64,000 nucleotides of DNA. It comes from Malacoraja senta (taxonomy: Eukaryota). Shown piece after piece: positions 23,473-37,679 of this stretch (the stretch's first letter is position 1; each line of letters starts with the position of its first letter). Below the pieces are notes generated by a model that searched no databases, had not been told where the DNA came from, and saw only the letters and a program-made list of their open reading frames with translations. The stretch lies in NCBI GenBank assembly GCA_038087875.1, contig CM075996.1, positions 3,660,001 through 3,724,000 of the forward strand, read 5' to 3'. The position numbers and the translations under genes are program-made.

Positions 23473-24043
23473 TATATATATATTTTTTAAATATTTTTAT
23501 TTTATTAGAAGTAAGTACAATTGTATACGATCATATTTTCATAATGCATATTATGTACAGCTTCTTATTTTTATAATAAAGGAGAAAAAGAAAAATAAGT
23601 TAGATAATGAAAAATAGAAAAATGTGAGATATATAGTGTGTGAAAAAGAAAAATAGAGAGTGAAAGAAGAAAATTAAGAAATAGAAAATAGAAAAAGAAA
23701 ATAAAAGAAGAAAAAGAAAGAAAAAGAGAAAAAAAAGAAGTAAGGAGATCGTATTTATAATCTTGACCATCTCTCGCCCAGTCACGAATTAGCTTTTACA
23801 CTTGTGTTGCACCACATGATTCCAAAAAGACGACAAATGGAGACCAACTCGTTGTGAATTGGTCAAATTTATCTATTAGGAGGAATCGCATTTCCTCAAG
23901 ATGTGCGGTATCCAACATACTTGCAATCCACATTTTGAGCGTTGGTATTGGTGTATTTTTCCAAAATTTCAATATTAATTTTTTTGCTATTATTAAACCA
24001 TAATTAAAAAATAATTTTTGAGATGGATTCAATTTATTCCCTC
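23473..24043 (-). mobile_element. L1-clade LINE, 5'-truncated, with TSD
   Basis: ORF2 C-terminus-like IAKKLILKFWK..PIPTLKMWI..M....LEEMRF....FDQF...WSPF; T-rich 3' UTR, AATAAA and A-rich tail; 16-bp TSD acacaagtgtaatata (23457-23472 / 24044-24059). Confidence 0.85.
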
Positions 24044-24331
24044 ACACAAGTGTAATATAGTCGAGAATTCAAGGGGCACGGCCACCCCGGGATGTATTTA
24101 CATTTAAAGCGTTTAAAAGAAATGCGGTGCGAAGATTTGTTCTACGTTTCGGGCATTAACTTTCTTCAAGTGAACCATGTGGCCATAACAAAGACTCGAT
24201 GAAGTTATCAGACCCTGTGAGTTCAGTTTAGTTTATTGTCACGTGTACCGAGGTACAGTGAAAACATTTTGTTGCACGCTATCCAGTCCGCAGAAAGACA
24301 ATACATGATTACAATCGAGCCGTTTACAGTG

Positions 24332-24655
24332 TCAAGTCAAGTTTATTCGTCACATACACATACGAGATGTGCAGTGAAATGAAAAGTGGCGATGCTCGCG
24401 GATTGTGCAACAAAAACAAACAAACAAACAGAATGGAACAGAATCACATATTCACATATTACATATTTGTGGGAGGGTGGGAAGTAAAAGGAAAAAAAAC
24501 AGCAATTTAAAAAAAGACACCACATAACAGTAGAATGGTTCAGTAAAGTTAGTCCCTGGTGAGATAGGAGTTTACTGTCCTAATGGCCTCTGGGAAGAAA
24601 CTCCTCATCCTCTCCGTTCTCACAGCATGGCAACGGAGGCGTTTGCCTGACCGTA
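24332..24655 (-). mobile_element. Rex-Babar LINE 3' end nested in another Rex-type 3' UTR (~24225-24790)
   Basis: SGKRLRCHAVRTERMRSFFPEAIRTVNS; tail aataaa(cttga)n. Confidence 0.75.
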
Positions 24656-25149
24656 TGATGTATAGATACATGTCTAGCCTGACCTGATCATGTATAGATA
24701 CATGATAACATTTGGTGCAAGGTAAAGCCAGCAAAGTCCGATCAGGGATAATCTTGGGGTCACCAACGAGGTAGATAGTAGTTCAGTAGTTCAGCATTGC
24801 TTTCTGGTTTCTGTAGGATGAATCCGTGGCCTGATAATCTGTTGACCTGTTAATCTGAGAAAGTTTTAAAAAAGACGCCTTATTCGCTTTTGTGGTTGTG
24901 ACTTTTTCGCCTTTTCACGAACCAGAGACAGGACTCACAGGAAAAAAATCTTTCGTTTAGTTTGGAAAGATACAGCATGGAAACAGGCCCTTCGGCCCAC
25001 CAGGTGCCTTGTCCTCAGGCGCTTGGTCACATTGTATTATTTACTGTGCGCTGGTATCGTAGCTGAATGTGCAGCAAATAGTCTGCATTGGAACGTCAAT
25101 TTGTTACATTTACAGGGCATATAGCATTTTGTGTCTATCTTCGGTATAA

Positions 25150-25400
25150 ACTTTGTTTGGGCAGCCGACACCCCAGCGGTTTGAATATTGACTTCTCTAA
25201 CTTCAAGTAACCCCTGCTTTCCCTCTCTCTCCATCCCGCCCCTTCCTGGTTCTCTGACCAGTCTGACTGTCCCCTTGATAACATTTTTATCTCTGTATGC
25301 TTCATTGTCACCTTCTTCTTTGTCACCTATTCTACATTTTCCTTGAGCTTCATCCCCTTTGATGTCTCATTCTCACACCTTACACTTCCTTACCTCTCCG
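25150..25400 (+). mobile_element. Penelope GIY-YIG C-terminal fragment (second subfamily)
   Basis: CLGSRHPSGLNIDFSNFK*, then a pyrimidine-rich UTR. Confidence 0.65.
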
Positions 25401-26074
25401 CATGTACCTTGCAATTGTTTGGTTAGTTAACTAAACTACCTTATAGTGATGGGCAGTAAATCCTCCAGTGCATGTTTAGTTTAGTTTATTTAGTTTATTG
25501 TCACATGTACCGAGGTACAGTGAAAAGTTTTTGTTGCGTGCTAACCAGTCAGCGGAAAGACAATACATGATTACAATCGAGCCATTCACAGCTTACATTT
25601 CAGATACATTATAGTTTCGTTTAGAGACGCAGCATGCAAACAGGCCCTCCGGCCCTTCGGCCCACTGAGTCCGTGCCGGCCAGCGATCCCCACACATTAA
25701 CACACACGAGGGACACTTTACAATTATACCAAGCCAATTAACCTACAAATCTTTATGTGTTTGGAGTGTGGGAGGAAACCGGAGATCTCGGAACTAACCC
25801 ACGCAGGGGGTTATAGATACATGATAAGGACCCACGATATGGGCATGTAGATACATAATGAGGATACATGACTGTGACATTCTTCCCCGTGGCGTTGAAT
25901 GGCAGCACCGAGCAAACTCGCAGGCATGTTTGAAAGGCCAGAGCTGTTCTTGTCACTACAGTTAGGCACAAAATGCTGGGGTAACTCAGCGGGACAGGCA
26001 GCACCTCTGGATTGAAGGAACGGGTGACATTTCGGGTCGAGACCCTTCTTCAGTAACAGCATAGATTTACGAAG

Positions 26075-27330
26075 GGGGTAATCTTGCTTGACTAATCTTC
26101 TGGAATTTTTTGAAGATGTAGCAAGTAAAATGGATAAGGGAGAGCCAGTGGACGTAGTGTATCTGGACTTTCAGAAAGCCTTTGAGAAGGTCCCTCACAG
26201 GAGATTAGTGGGCAAAATTAGACCACATGGTATTGGGGTAGGGTATTGACATGGATAGAAAAAATTGGTTGGCAGACAGGAAGCCAAGAATAGGAATTAA
26301 CTGGTCCCTTTCAGAATGGCAGGTAGTGACTAGTGGTGTGCCACAAGGACTGCAGCTATTTACAATATATATTAATGATTTAGATGAAGGAATTAAAAGT
26401 AACATTAGCAAATTGAAGATGACACAAAGCTGGGTGGCAGTGTGAACTGTGAAGAGGATGCTATGAGGATGCAGGGTGACTTGGATAGGTTGGGTGAGTG
26501 GGCAGATGCACTGCAGATGCAGTATAATGTGGATAAATGTGAGGTTATCCATTTTGGTGGCAAGAACAGGAAGGCAGATTATTATCTGAATGGTGTCAGA
26601 TTAGGAAAAGGGGAAGTGCAACGAGACCTGGGTGTCCTTGTACATCAGTCACTGAAAGTAAGCATGCAGGTACAGCAAGCGGTAAAGAAAGCTAATGGCA
26701 TGTTGGCCTTCATAACGAGAAGATTTGAGTATAGGAGCAAAGAGGTCCTTCTGCAGTTGGACAGGGCCCTGGTGAGACCACACCTGGAGTATTGTTTGCA
26801 GTTTTGGTCTCGTAATTTGAGGAAGGACATTATTGCTATTGAGGGAGTGCAACGTAGGTTCACGAGGTTAATTCCCAGGATGGCGGGACTGTCTAATGAT
26901 GAAAGAATGGAAGGACTGGGCTTGTATTCACTGGAATTTAGAAGGCTGAGAGGGGATCTAATAGAAACATATTCAATTATTAAGGGATTGGACACGCTAT
27001 GTTCCCGATGTTGGGGGAGTCCAGAACCAGGGGCCACAGTTTAAGGATAATTGGTAGGTAATTTAGAACTGAGTTGGGGAAAAACTTTTTCACCCAGAGA
27101 GTTATGAATTTGTGGAATTCTCTGCCTCAGAAGGCAGTGGAGGCCGATTCACTTGATGCATTCAAAAGTGAGTTAGATAGAGCTCTTAGGGCTAGTGGAA
27201 TCAAGGGATATGGGGAGAAGGCAGGAACGGGGTATTGATTGTGGATAATCAGCCATGATCACATTGAATGGCGGTGCGGGCTCAAAGGGCCAAATGGCCT
27301 ATTCCTACACCTATTTCCTATGTATCTATG
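26075..27330 (+). mobile_element. CR1 LINE, longest copy (frameshifted RT domain plus 3' UTR)
   Basis: DVVYLDFQKAFEKVPHRRL, VTSGVPQG, FTIYINDLD, QGDLDRL..W...QMQYNVDKCEVIHFG, RPHLEYC.QFW. Confidence 0.92.
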
Positions 27331-27974
27331 TAAAATCTTTCGAAGAGCTCTTCTGTTGAAATTCAACTGGCAATTTACCAAGACGTTAACCTTGCTGCCT
27401 TTATTTTAATAACCAGTGCAGATGGTAACATCGGTTTCTAGAGGGTGAGTTTGCCGTGCGCTTTAGCTGAATGAGATAATGTTCCACATGAATCAAATCC
27501 AGGCATCGTTATGCCACAAAAAAATGGAATTAGACTCTTTGATGCAATTAAGAAATTGATGTTGGCACTGTTACGGAGGGGAAAGAGAGAATAATTACAG
27601 ATCCAGGAATGAATAGGTGGATTCTGTGAATGGTTTTCCAATGTCATCGAATGAAATGGAAAGACATCTTGGCACATAGCCAACAAAGACGGCAGGATAT
27701 TGAACTAAAGGCCTAAATGGTTCAGTTCCGGTGACTGATTTGGAAGGGCATGTTTAATATAATTGTATTAAACTACATCAACTCAAGCAAACGCACCTTA
27801 TGCATAAAAATGAACGATCGTGCGCTTGATGAAGATATGTGTTGTGGAACTATCTCCTGTACTCTGCGATTAAAACCCCTTCTTCAACCTCCTGGGAGGT
27901 GCAACCTACACCCGGGTACACTTGCATCATAACCTCACATCAGGTGTTCTTGAGGTAGGACAGTGGTTGAGTTT

Positions 27975-28270
27975 ATGTTCATAAGTGACAGGAGCAGAAT
28001 TAGGCCATTCGGCCCATCATGTCTACTCTGCCATTCAATCATGGCTGATCCATCTCTCCCTCCTAACCCCATTCTCCTGCCTTCTCCCCGTAACCCCTGA
28101 CTCCCGTACAAATCAAGAATCTATCTATCCCTGTCTTAAATACACCCATTGACGTGGCCTCCACAGCCTTCTGTGGCAATGAATTCCATAGATTGATTCA
28201 CACCCTCTGACTTTAAAAATTCCTCCTCATCTCCTTCCTAAAGGAACGTCCTTTAATTCGTGAGGCTCTG
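27975..28270 (-). mobile_element. CR1 3' fragment
   Basis: Reverse complement of the CR1 3' UTR (gatcagccatgattgaatggc). Confidence 0.8.
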
Positions 28271-29391
28271 AGGTTTAGTGATCAAGAGGTCCTGCATTGA
28301 TGTCTGAGTTCAAATCCCATAACGGCAGCTGTGGAATTCAAATCAAGATAAATAGCCTGGAATGCTAAGCAGTCATTAGTATCGAAGTCAAACGCCTGAA
28401 TCCTTCAGTGAAGCAAGCTGCAGTCCTTATCCAACACAGCCTTCACATGACCCTCGATCAACCAGGGTGATTGGCATCAAAATGGCCCAGCAAGCCACAA
28501 TTTCTCCAACAAATCCTGGTGAAGACACATTCTGAAAAATCAACTTTTTGGACGATTATTAAAGGAGCTCTGTGCCCAATAGTTCCTCTCTTGTAGTTCT
28601 GCCTGACCGTGGACACATGGGAGCCGGTCATAAAACTCTGCTGGGAAGGTGTCAGGCCCTAATTTACTTGCTAGTCACACCAGGCACAGCGATAATATGC
28701 AGCAGCCGAAGGCAGCATGGGGAAGAGACAGAGGTGAGACGATATATTTTTCTCTCAAGGTCGTTTGGAACTGTATTCCAAAGACAGTGGCGAAAGTGAA
28801 GTGAACAGCACAAGGAAGTTGGAAGTTGTTAGAAGATCAAGAATATGGGAATGAAGATGTAAAGGAGGAAGTGTTGTACTCCATGGACTGACTCCAGTAT
28901 GAAGAAGAGTCTCGACCCGTAACGTCACCTATTCCTTTACTCCAGAGATGCTGCCTGACCCGCCAAGTTACTCCAGCACTTTGTGTCGATCTTCATCGTA
29001 GTCCTTGGACTAGTTTTGTTGCTTCCAATTGTGATTTGCACTCATTTCTTGTTTTATTACAGTCGTTTTACTGTCTTGCAGAATTGATGTACAATTATTT
29101 TTGTGTGAGCTTGTCTGCGTGTACAGTGCCTGTGATGCTGCTGCAGGCAAGAATGTACCACACTGAATGTGTCTCAAGACAAATCTGGTGAATCCCAGTG
29201 GTTGCAGGAGGATATGTGGCCAGTTGCTAGTGTTCTGCTGCTGGATTAAGGAGTCATGTATTGAGAGGAGCAGCGATGAGGAAGAGTCAGGCTCAGAACT
29301 CGGGAAGAACCCCAGAACTGGGGGCTCAAGAGGGTACGGTGAGAAAGGGTGACTAAGGAATGGGGTTGAGAGAGAGCTTACTGTGGTTGAT

Positions 29392-29393
<2 letters not shown>

Positions 29394-29462
<69 letters not shown>
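29394..29462. repeat. (AG)n microsatellite
   Basis: Seen directly. Confidence 0.95.
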
Positions 29463-29464
<2 letters not shown>

Positions 29465-31759
29465 CTGGGGTTGGCCTTGATTAGAGAGGGTGTCAGGGGT
29501 TATGGGGAGAAGGCAGGGGAATGGGATAGATCAGCCATGATTGAATGGTGGAGTGGGCTTGATGGGGCAAATGGCCCAACTCTGCTCCCATAACTTATGA
29601 AGATGATGACCAGAGAATTGTAATAATGGGTTCTGTGCAGGAGTTGGATTGGGAATGAGGAGAGGGTAATTGAGGAAATGTGTTGCTAAAATTAGGTGAG
29701 TGGAGACTGGAGTGGTGTTGGTTTATGATTGTCATGGGTACCGAGACATAGTGAGAAACTTTGTTTTGCATGCTGTCCATGTATCTATGTGTCGGTGTGC
29801 TGAGGGAACAGGCTATTTTAGTTCATCACAGATGGCACACCCTCGTCTTGGAATGTTTCCTACTTTTTTGAATTTATCTACTTATGTATTCTCCACATAT
29901 CCCCGTCAATATCTGCCGCTGCATCATGACTGACTGATGCACCATGCACTGCAGATCGATCATGCAACAGGGGGATAATTCAAGAAACAAGGAACTGCAG
30001 AGGCTGCTTTGCAAAAGAATACACAGAGTAGACAGAAGTGCTGGAGAAACTCAGCGGGTGCAGCAGCATCTATGGAGCGAAGGAAATAGGCAACGTTTCG
30101 TGCCGAAACCCTTCTTCAGACTGAGTATCTAAGTGCTTATGTATAGTGATAGCTGTGTACAAAAATGAAATTCACTGCACCTCGCTACGTGTGACAAATA
30201 AAGCTCCATGCCATGCTTCTTCAGTCTGGAGAAGGGTTTCGACCCGAAACGTTGCCTATTTCCTTCGCTCCATAGATGCTGCTGCACCCGCTGAGTTTCT
30301 CCAGCACTTTTGTCTACCTTCGATTTTCCAGCATCTGCAGTTCCTTCAAAGACACAGAGTAACTCAGCGAGTCAGTCAGCATCTCAGGTGGTAGACACAA
30401 ATTGCTGGAGTAACTCAGCGGGTCAGACAGCATCTCTGGAGAGAAGGAAAGGGTTGAGACCCCTCTTCAGTCTCGACCCGAAACGTCATCCATTCCTTCT
30501 CCCCAGAGGTGCTGCTTGTCTCACTGAGTTACGCCAGCATTTTGTGTCTATCTTCAGTTTAAACCAGCTTCTGCAGTTCTTTCCTACACATGAATAGGCA
30601 ACATTTCGGCTTGGGATCCTTCCTCAGATTGATTGATTCATTATTTTTGTAAGGGTGCTTTTAGAGAAAAGAGTTAATAATATAAAAGCAACATCTTAAG
30701 TCTAAGAAGGGATGCAAAATAAATTGGTTGCGATATATTAGGAAACTGGATTAAAATTAATGATTGCACATAATCAATGGCAAGCGGTTAAAGATCATCA
30801 ATTGCAACAAATACGGGAAATTAGATGAGAGAGATCATTGTGTAAGTCAAGGACTGGAGTGATAGAAGTGGGTTGTGATTCTTGGGGCACTGGCATCACT
30901 GAGTGAAAAGTGGGAACTGCGTAGATTGGATGTTCAGAAGGTTTTAAGTGATGGGAACAGAATTAGCCATCTTCTCCAAGGCCACCAGGCCTGCTGAACA
31001 TCACTGCTGATCATTCCTTCTACATGATCCATGGCATTACATTTAAGAGCATCCTGAATCCGTGTCAGGTCACGTTTGGCCATTTTGTCTTCAGCTGAAT
31101 CTGCCGGCCTCCCCTAAACAACAGAGATCGCTAGAGATGACCCCAAGGTTCATAGGAGCAGAAGTAGGTCATTCGGCCCACGGATTCTACTCCGCCATTC
31201 AATCATGGCTGATCTATCTTTCCCTCCTAACCCCATTCTCCTGCCCTCTGCCCATATCCCTTGAAACCCTTGATAGACACAAAAAGCTGGAGTACCTCAG
31301 CGGGACAGGCAGCATCTCTGGAGAGAAGGAATGGGTGACGTTTCGGGTCGAGACCCCTTCTTCAGACTTATGCACTCGACCTGAAACGTCACCCATTCCT
31401 TCTCTCCAGAGACGCTGCCTGTCTCGCTGAGTTACTCCAGCTTTTTGTGTCTATCTTCGGTTTAAACCAGCATCTGCAGTTCCTTCCTACACCCTTGAAA
31501 CCCTTGTTTGGACAATCTGTGCCTGATCTGTGCTGGGACTGGTATTCCAGCGAATGGCATACCTTGGGAGGTGCAGAGGATTTAAGACCAAATATTGACA
31601 ACAAAGGAACGAAGATGAGAAGATGTGGTAAAAAATATGGCGAGAGAGAAAGTATTAATATGGATAACAATGCACAGACTGCGACTGGAAGGGATCGAGA
31701 ATACAGACTTCAGAGGAAAGCAGCAGATAAGGCTAGAGATGACTAAACAATGATCTTAA

Positions 31760-32363
31760 AAGGTCTGTCTCACGAATCTGCGGTCATTGGCGGCGAAACG
31801 GGAAGAGTCTGCCGCCATAGACCGCGCACTCGTGAGAAAGAACAATTCCCGGGCCGTGCGACGGTGTTCCCAACACCGCGCGGTGCAAAAAATAAAATCG
31901 ACAATGTCGAAAACACTATACTCACCGCACAACCTCCACCAGTGATGCACGAGTGCGCACGGCCGCTCGCACGGGCCGCCGCCAGTGTGGGTCGAGCGCC
32001 GTGCGTCAAACCTCCTCTGCCACAGCCTCCGCCAGTGACGCACGTGCCGCCGCCAGTGAGGCACGTGTGCTGCGCGGCCGCAGGCACAGCCACCGCTACA
32101 GCGCCGCGATCAGGATGGCCGCCGCCACAGCCGCCGCTGGTGAGTCACGTGCAGGGGGCCGACGTCATCGCAGTCGGCCCGCACTTTTTTTACTTACCGC
32201 AAGCACGTGGGACCCGCCGTGTTTGAATTAACTCGGCCCCCGCGCAACATCCGTGAGGCGCTCCGGTGGATAGGCTCGACGCTCTCGCCGTTGCCGCGCG
32301 GTCCTCGCTACCGGCGACGCCGCGCTTCACCGCCGATGACCGCAAACAGGTAAGACACGGCCT
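31760..32363 (+). mobile_element. PIF/Harbinger-like MITE family D, copy 2
   Basis: Colinear with 18552-19178; TAA duplication (31757-31759 / 32364-32366). Confidence 0.85.
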
Positions 32364-32639
32364 TAAGGCTTGTATTTGAACGCACACACCATTCAAATGG
32401 AAACAGATGAACTATGGGCACAAACATAAAACAAATGTTTGGTTTTACAGTCATCATGGAGACAGGGTTGCAGAATGACAAAGGTTGGGGTGTGAATAAG
32501 GGTACACTGCAATTAGTGTTGAAAGAGGTCTCGGGCAAGGTGGAGGATTGGCTCCGTTAATTCACAATGGCACCATGGAGCGTGGTAACATTAGGTCAGG
32601 GAACCAGGAAGTGGCAGTTCATAAGTGATTGGGTGATTG

Positions 32640-33070
32640 ATCAAGTCGACTCCGCCATTCAATCATGGCGGATCCAACTCTCCCCCTCAACCCATTCTCC
32701 TGCCTTCTCCCCATAACCCCTGACAACCGTATTAATCAAGAATCTATCTATCTGTGCCTTAAAACATATCCATTGACGGCCTCCACAGCCTTCTGTGGCA
32801 ATGAATTCCACAGATTCACCACCCTCTGACTAAAGAAATTCCTCCTCATCTCCTTTCTAAAGGAACATCCTTTTATTCTGAGGCTATGACTTCTGGTCCT
32901 GGATGCTCCCACTAGTGGAAACATCCTCTCCACACCCACTCTATCCAGGTCTTTCACTATTCGGTAAGTTTCAATGAGGGGGCCCCTCATCCTTTTAAAC
33001 TCCAGCGAGTGGAGGCCCAGTCAAGAGCTCATCACATGTTAACCCACTCATTCCTGGGATCATTCTCGTA
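32640..33070 (-). mobile_element. CR1 3' fragment
   Basis: LIETYRIVK.LDRV.VERMFPLVG.SRTR.HSL...QRVVNLWNSLP. Confidence 0.85.
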
Positions 33071-33164
33071 AAAATGGAAAGTGCTGGAAAAACTCTGCAG
33101 GCCAGGCAGCATCTGTGGTAAGGGAAACCGGGGTCAATGTTTCACATTGGAGAACCTTTGCCAA

Positions 33165-33718
33165 ACTAGAACTAGGGGACATAGTTGTAGAATAAGAGGG
33201 GGCTCTTTTAAAACTGAGATGAGGAAGAACTTCTTCACCCAGAGGGTGGTTAATTTATGGAATTCACTGCCCCAGGGAGCAGTGGAAGCAGAAACATTAA
33301 ATATATTTAAGTCTAAAATAGATGGTTTTTTAGCTGCCAAGGGGATAAGGGGCTACGGGGAGAGGGCAGGGATATGGACCTAGGTATGGTTAGTATAGTA
33401 AGACCTGAGTGATCTCCTGGACAAGTGTCGATCGCCTGGATTGGGGTCGGAGAGGAATTTCCCGGATTTTTTTCCCGAATTGGACCTGGGTTTTTATCCG
33501 GTTTTTTGCCTCCCCCAGGAGATCACGCGGTTCTTGGGGTGGAGAGGGGTGATAGCGATATAAAGGGGAGGGTAGTGTCTTGTGTTCTGTGTCTTGTGTC
33601 TACTGTTTGTGGGTAAGGGTGTCTGTTTAGTGTTCAGCCATGAGCGAATGGCGGTGCGGGCTCGATGGGCCTGGTGGTCTACTCTCGCACCTACTTTCTA
33701 TGTTTCTATGTTTCTATG
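33165..33718 (+). mobile_element. CR1 3' fragment with a distinct, longer 3' UTR
   Basis: TRTRGHS.RIRGGSFKTEMRKNFFTQRVVNLWNSLP; ~300-bp UTR unlike other copies; (tttctatg)n tail. Confidence 0.8.
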
Positions 33719-34737
33719 GATAATGTTATGAGCTTGTAAAGCTGCAGTGAGCTACTTGCATCCATTACAAGCCTACTGCCACCCACAGCTATCTCAACTA
33801 CTCTTCAACCTACCCCGCCCTTCATCAGGACCCTATTCCATTCAGTCAGTTCCTTCATCTCTGTTTGCATTTTCTCCAATTAAACACTTGCCATGAAGTT
33901 GGCTCTGAAATATGTTCTTTTTTTCTGAACTGTGGCTTCCCCGCTACCATTGTTAACAAAGCTCTTTGGCCAGCACAAGGATCGAGTTCTCTGCCAGTCT
34001 GAAGAAGGGTCTCCACCCGAAACGTCACCCATTCCTTCTCTCCAGAGATGCTGCCTGCCTGTCCCCGCTGTGGGGATCGCTGGTCGGCGCGCACTCGGTG
34101 GGCCGAAGGGGCCTGTTTCTGCGCTGTATCTCTAAACTGACCTTTGCTAAACCATTCTCTGCCAAGGGAAAAGGGGATGAATTCTGGTCACCCCAGCAGA
34201 CAGCATGCATGACTCCTCAATGCAACAATGTGCAGCAGAATGTAACAAGTTGCAACTGGACCCCATCCCAACCTGGATAAAGAATGACAATCAGGGTAGA
34301 ACAATTACAAAATGTGATTACATTTACTGAAGTTCTTTATGGTAATAGGAGACTAGATCAATACAATGAGTGTTGGCAGCAACTTTTTTTAAAATCAATA
34401 GACGCACTGTGGATAGTTGTATGCTTTATGGTAACATAAATATCATGCACACTTACCACAGATGTGGATGCATTATAGCAACATGCTGATGCTATTCTGT
34501 CATGACATGACTGCAGCAAACCAATGGATTGAAGCCAGAAGCAAAATACCGCAGATGCTTGAAATTTGAAATAAAATAGGAAACATCAGAGGAGACACAA
34601 GGAACTAACTGCAGATGCTGGAATCCTGAATGAAACACAAAGTGCTGGGGTAACTCAGCGGCTCCAGCAGAATCTGCTGTGGGAATGGAAGGATGACGTT
34701 TCGGGTCGGGACCCTTCTTCAGACATTGGAGGCATCA

Positions 34738-35047
34738 CCAGGGCAGCAGCGGTAGAGTTACTGCCTCACAGCGCCAGAGACCCAGGTTCGATCCTGACCA
34801 CGGGTGCCGTCTGTAAAGAGTTTGTACGTTCTCCCCGTGACCTGCGTGGGTTTTCTCCAGGATCTCCAGCTTCCTCCCACACTCCAAATACGTACAGGTT
34901 TGTAGGCTAATTGGCTTGGTACAAATGTAAATTGTCCCCAGTGTGTGTAGGATAGTGTTAGTGTGCATGGGGATCGCTGGTCAGAGCAGATTCGGTGGGC
35001 TGAAGGGCCCTGTTTCCATGCTGCATCTTTAAAGTAAACTAAACTAC
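34738..35047 (+). mobile_element. V-SINE (HE1-like)
   Basis: Head, core and tail as at 15423-15736. Confidence 0.85.
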
Positions 35048-35752
35048 ATTTTAGGTTGATGACCCTGTTTCAGGTTGGGAAAGAGAAACGATTTTTTTTT
35101 CCAGTTTTGATGAAGAGTCATCGACATGAAACTTTCATTCTATTTCCATCCCCGCAAACACTGCCTGGCCTCTTGAGTGTTTCTAGCATTTTCGGTTTTC
35201 GTTTGAGATGTCAGAAAAATTCAGTGCTTTGATTTTCAGCAAGCTCCAGAAACACTCAACATGTCGGGCAGCATCTGTGGAGAGAAATGTGGTCAGTGTC
35301 AGAAATGTTTTACTCTTGACATTAACTGTAATCCATCTACAACACAAATCGCTGCCATACTTCAGACCCTGTACTGATAAATCACACATAATACGCTGAG
35401 TAAATCTGCCAACGCTTTAGGGCAGATCACATCAATAAATCAATGATTTAAGATGTATCAAATCCGGGGGACATCATGGTAATGTGAAAATAAGAAGATA
35501 TTCTGAAGCCATCGGCAATGCTGTGACAGAATCTTACTTGGATCAGTAAGCAGGGAGGTAACTTGGAGCACAACCTAAGATTGACAGGGTAAATAAACAT
35601 ACTGAAAGCCACAAGCTACATCATGGGAGCTCCGTGCTAATGTTAGTACATGATGCAAGCCTGTGTGAATACCACAGTCAGTCAGTCAACACCACAGGCT
35701 GCAGTTCACGAGCTGTATAATTTTTACAATAATTATACAGCTCGGGTACAAA

Positions 35753-36112
35753 ATCAAGAGAGGGATAGATCGGGTAAGATGCACAGAGCCTCTTGCCCAG
35801 TGTAGGGGAATCGAGAAGCAGAGGACATAGGTTTAAGGTGACGGGGCGAAAGATTTAATAGGAACCTGAGGGGTAACCTTTTCACACAAACAGTGGTGGG
35901 TGTATGGAACGAGCAGCCATAGGAGGTATTTGAGGCTGGGACTATCCCAATGTTTAAGAAACATTTAGATAGGTACATGGACAGGACAGGTTTAGAGGGA
36001 TAAGTGCCAAATGCAGGCAGGTGGGATTAGTGTATTTGGGACATGTTGGCTCGTGTGGGCAAGTCGGGCCGATGGGCTTGTTTCCATGCTGTAAGACTCT
36101 ATGACTCTATGA
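35753..36112 (+). mobile_element. CR1 3' fragment
   Basis: Same subfamily as 3637-4092; (gactctat)n tail. Confidence 0.8.
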
Positions 36113-36394
36113 GATCGAGCTATCGGGCGAATGGGAAATCTGTTCTAAACTAAGAAAACACAAGAGACTGTGGTGTGCTTCATGACGGCGAGTTACCATA
36201 ATATTGAACGGTCTGGATGCTTTCCCAGCCCAATGTCATGAACTCTCTCATCCCTGGAGATGGTAGAGTGATAGGACACTTGAATCTTCTTTGACTTCTC
36301 TGACCTCATCCTCTTTCCATTCAAGCCCATTGCTCTATATTCATTATCATGTCCGACATCCCCTCTCTAAGTGTAGTTTAGAGATACCTTGTGG

Positions 36395-36640
36395 AAACAG
36401 GCCCTTTGGCCCACTGGGTCTAGTGTTCGTCCCACACTAGCACTATCCTACACACACTAGGGACAATGTACAATTTTACCAAGCCAATGTACATCTTTCG
36501 AGTGTGGGAGGAAACTGGAGCACCCGGAGAAAACCCACGCGGTCACGGGGAGAGCGTGCAAACTCCGTACAGACAAGCGCCCGCAGTCAGGGTCGAACCC
36601 GGGTCTCTGGTGCTGTGAGGCAGCAACTCTACCGCTGCGG
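36395..36640 (-). mobile_element. V-SINE (HE1-like)
   Basis: Reverse complement of the SINE consensus seen elsewhere in the window. Confidence 0.8.
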
Positions 36641-37334
36641 TAGTTCCTATCAACCTGTCACCTGATGTTGACCCTTCAGTTCTTCAAACCCTCATCCAGT
36701 TACTTCCAATGAAAGCTAAAACATTAACTGTCTCTCTGTCCACAGCCGCTGCCCGACCAGGTGAACATTTTCAATCTTTTTTGCACAATTCCAGCAACAG
36801 CAACGCTGTAAAATTATTGATGATGAATGCTGGAAATAAATTATACAATAAGCAACCTTGATCATGGTAATATATACAGTATCATGATAATATATCCTTT
36901 GGGTTAGTAAACATCCTCCATCATGGCAATATATGATACTAAAACTGATGAATGTTCACTGGAGTTGGGGTGCATTGAAGTTAGACTTCGCTACAATAAG
37001 ACAATATACCAATGCCCATGGGTGCAGTGACTGAGACTATGAACTACCTCATGAAAATATTGGACTAAGGTAAGTAAACATACTGAAGCTAATGAGTATG
37101 TGCCCAAAACACATCACAATAGTAAAATCTTGAGTCTACAGGGAATATAGTGGCAGAATATTACCACAGTCGGTAAGCAAACTACATATAGAAACAAGGA
37201 ACAGCAGGTGCTGGTCTACACAAAAGGACACAAAGTGCTGGAGTAACTCAGCGGATTAAACTACACGTGTGGGACATCATTGCCACACATCAATAACCTC
37301 ATTAAATATACTGAGACTAAGGGGCTTCTCGCCT

Positions 37335-37640
37335 CCAAGGTATAGAAGTGTGAAAACACTCACCCCCAGATTCAGGGTCCGTTTCTTCCCAGCTGTTATC
37401 AGGCAACTGAACCATCCTACCACAACCAGAGAGCAATCCTAAGCTACTATCTACCTCATTGGACAATCTTTGACTGGACTTTTTCTTGCACTAAACATTA
37501 TACACGTTATTACCTCTATCATGTATCCGTAGACCGTGGATGGCTCGATTGTAATCACGTATTGTTTTCCGCTGACTGGCTAGCACGCAACAAAAGCTTT
37601 TCACTCGGTACACATGACAATAAACTCAACTCAACTCAAC
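37335..37640 (+). mobile_element. Rex-Babar LINE 3' end
   Basis: RYRSVKTLTPRFRVRFFPAVIRQLNHP plus the shared 3' UTR; (aactc)n tail. Confidence 0.7.
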
Positions 37641-37679
37641 CAGTAAAGTTTCAGAGAACTACATCGCAACAATCTGTTA

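Noticed and set aside
30125..30216. Inverted match to ~61326-61426 as a long-range duplication
   Set aside because: Both look like 3' ends of one retroposon family (aataaa plus (ccatg)n tail), so independent insertions are sufficient.
31750..32226. GC-rich Ala/Pro/Arg ORFs in MITE D copies as a transposase
   Set aside because: Open frames reflect high GC content; no DDE or Myb motifs, and frames are not consistently preserved among copies.
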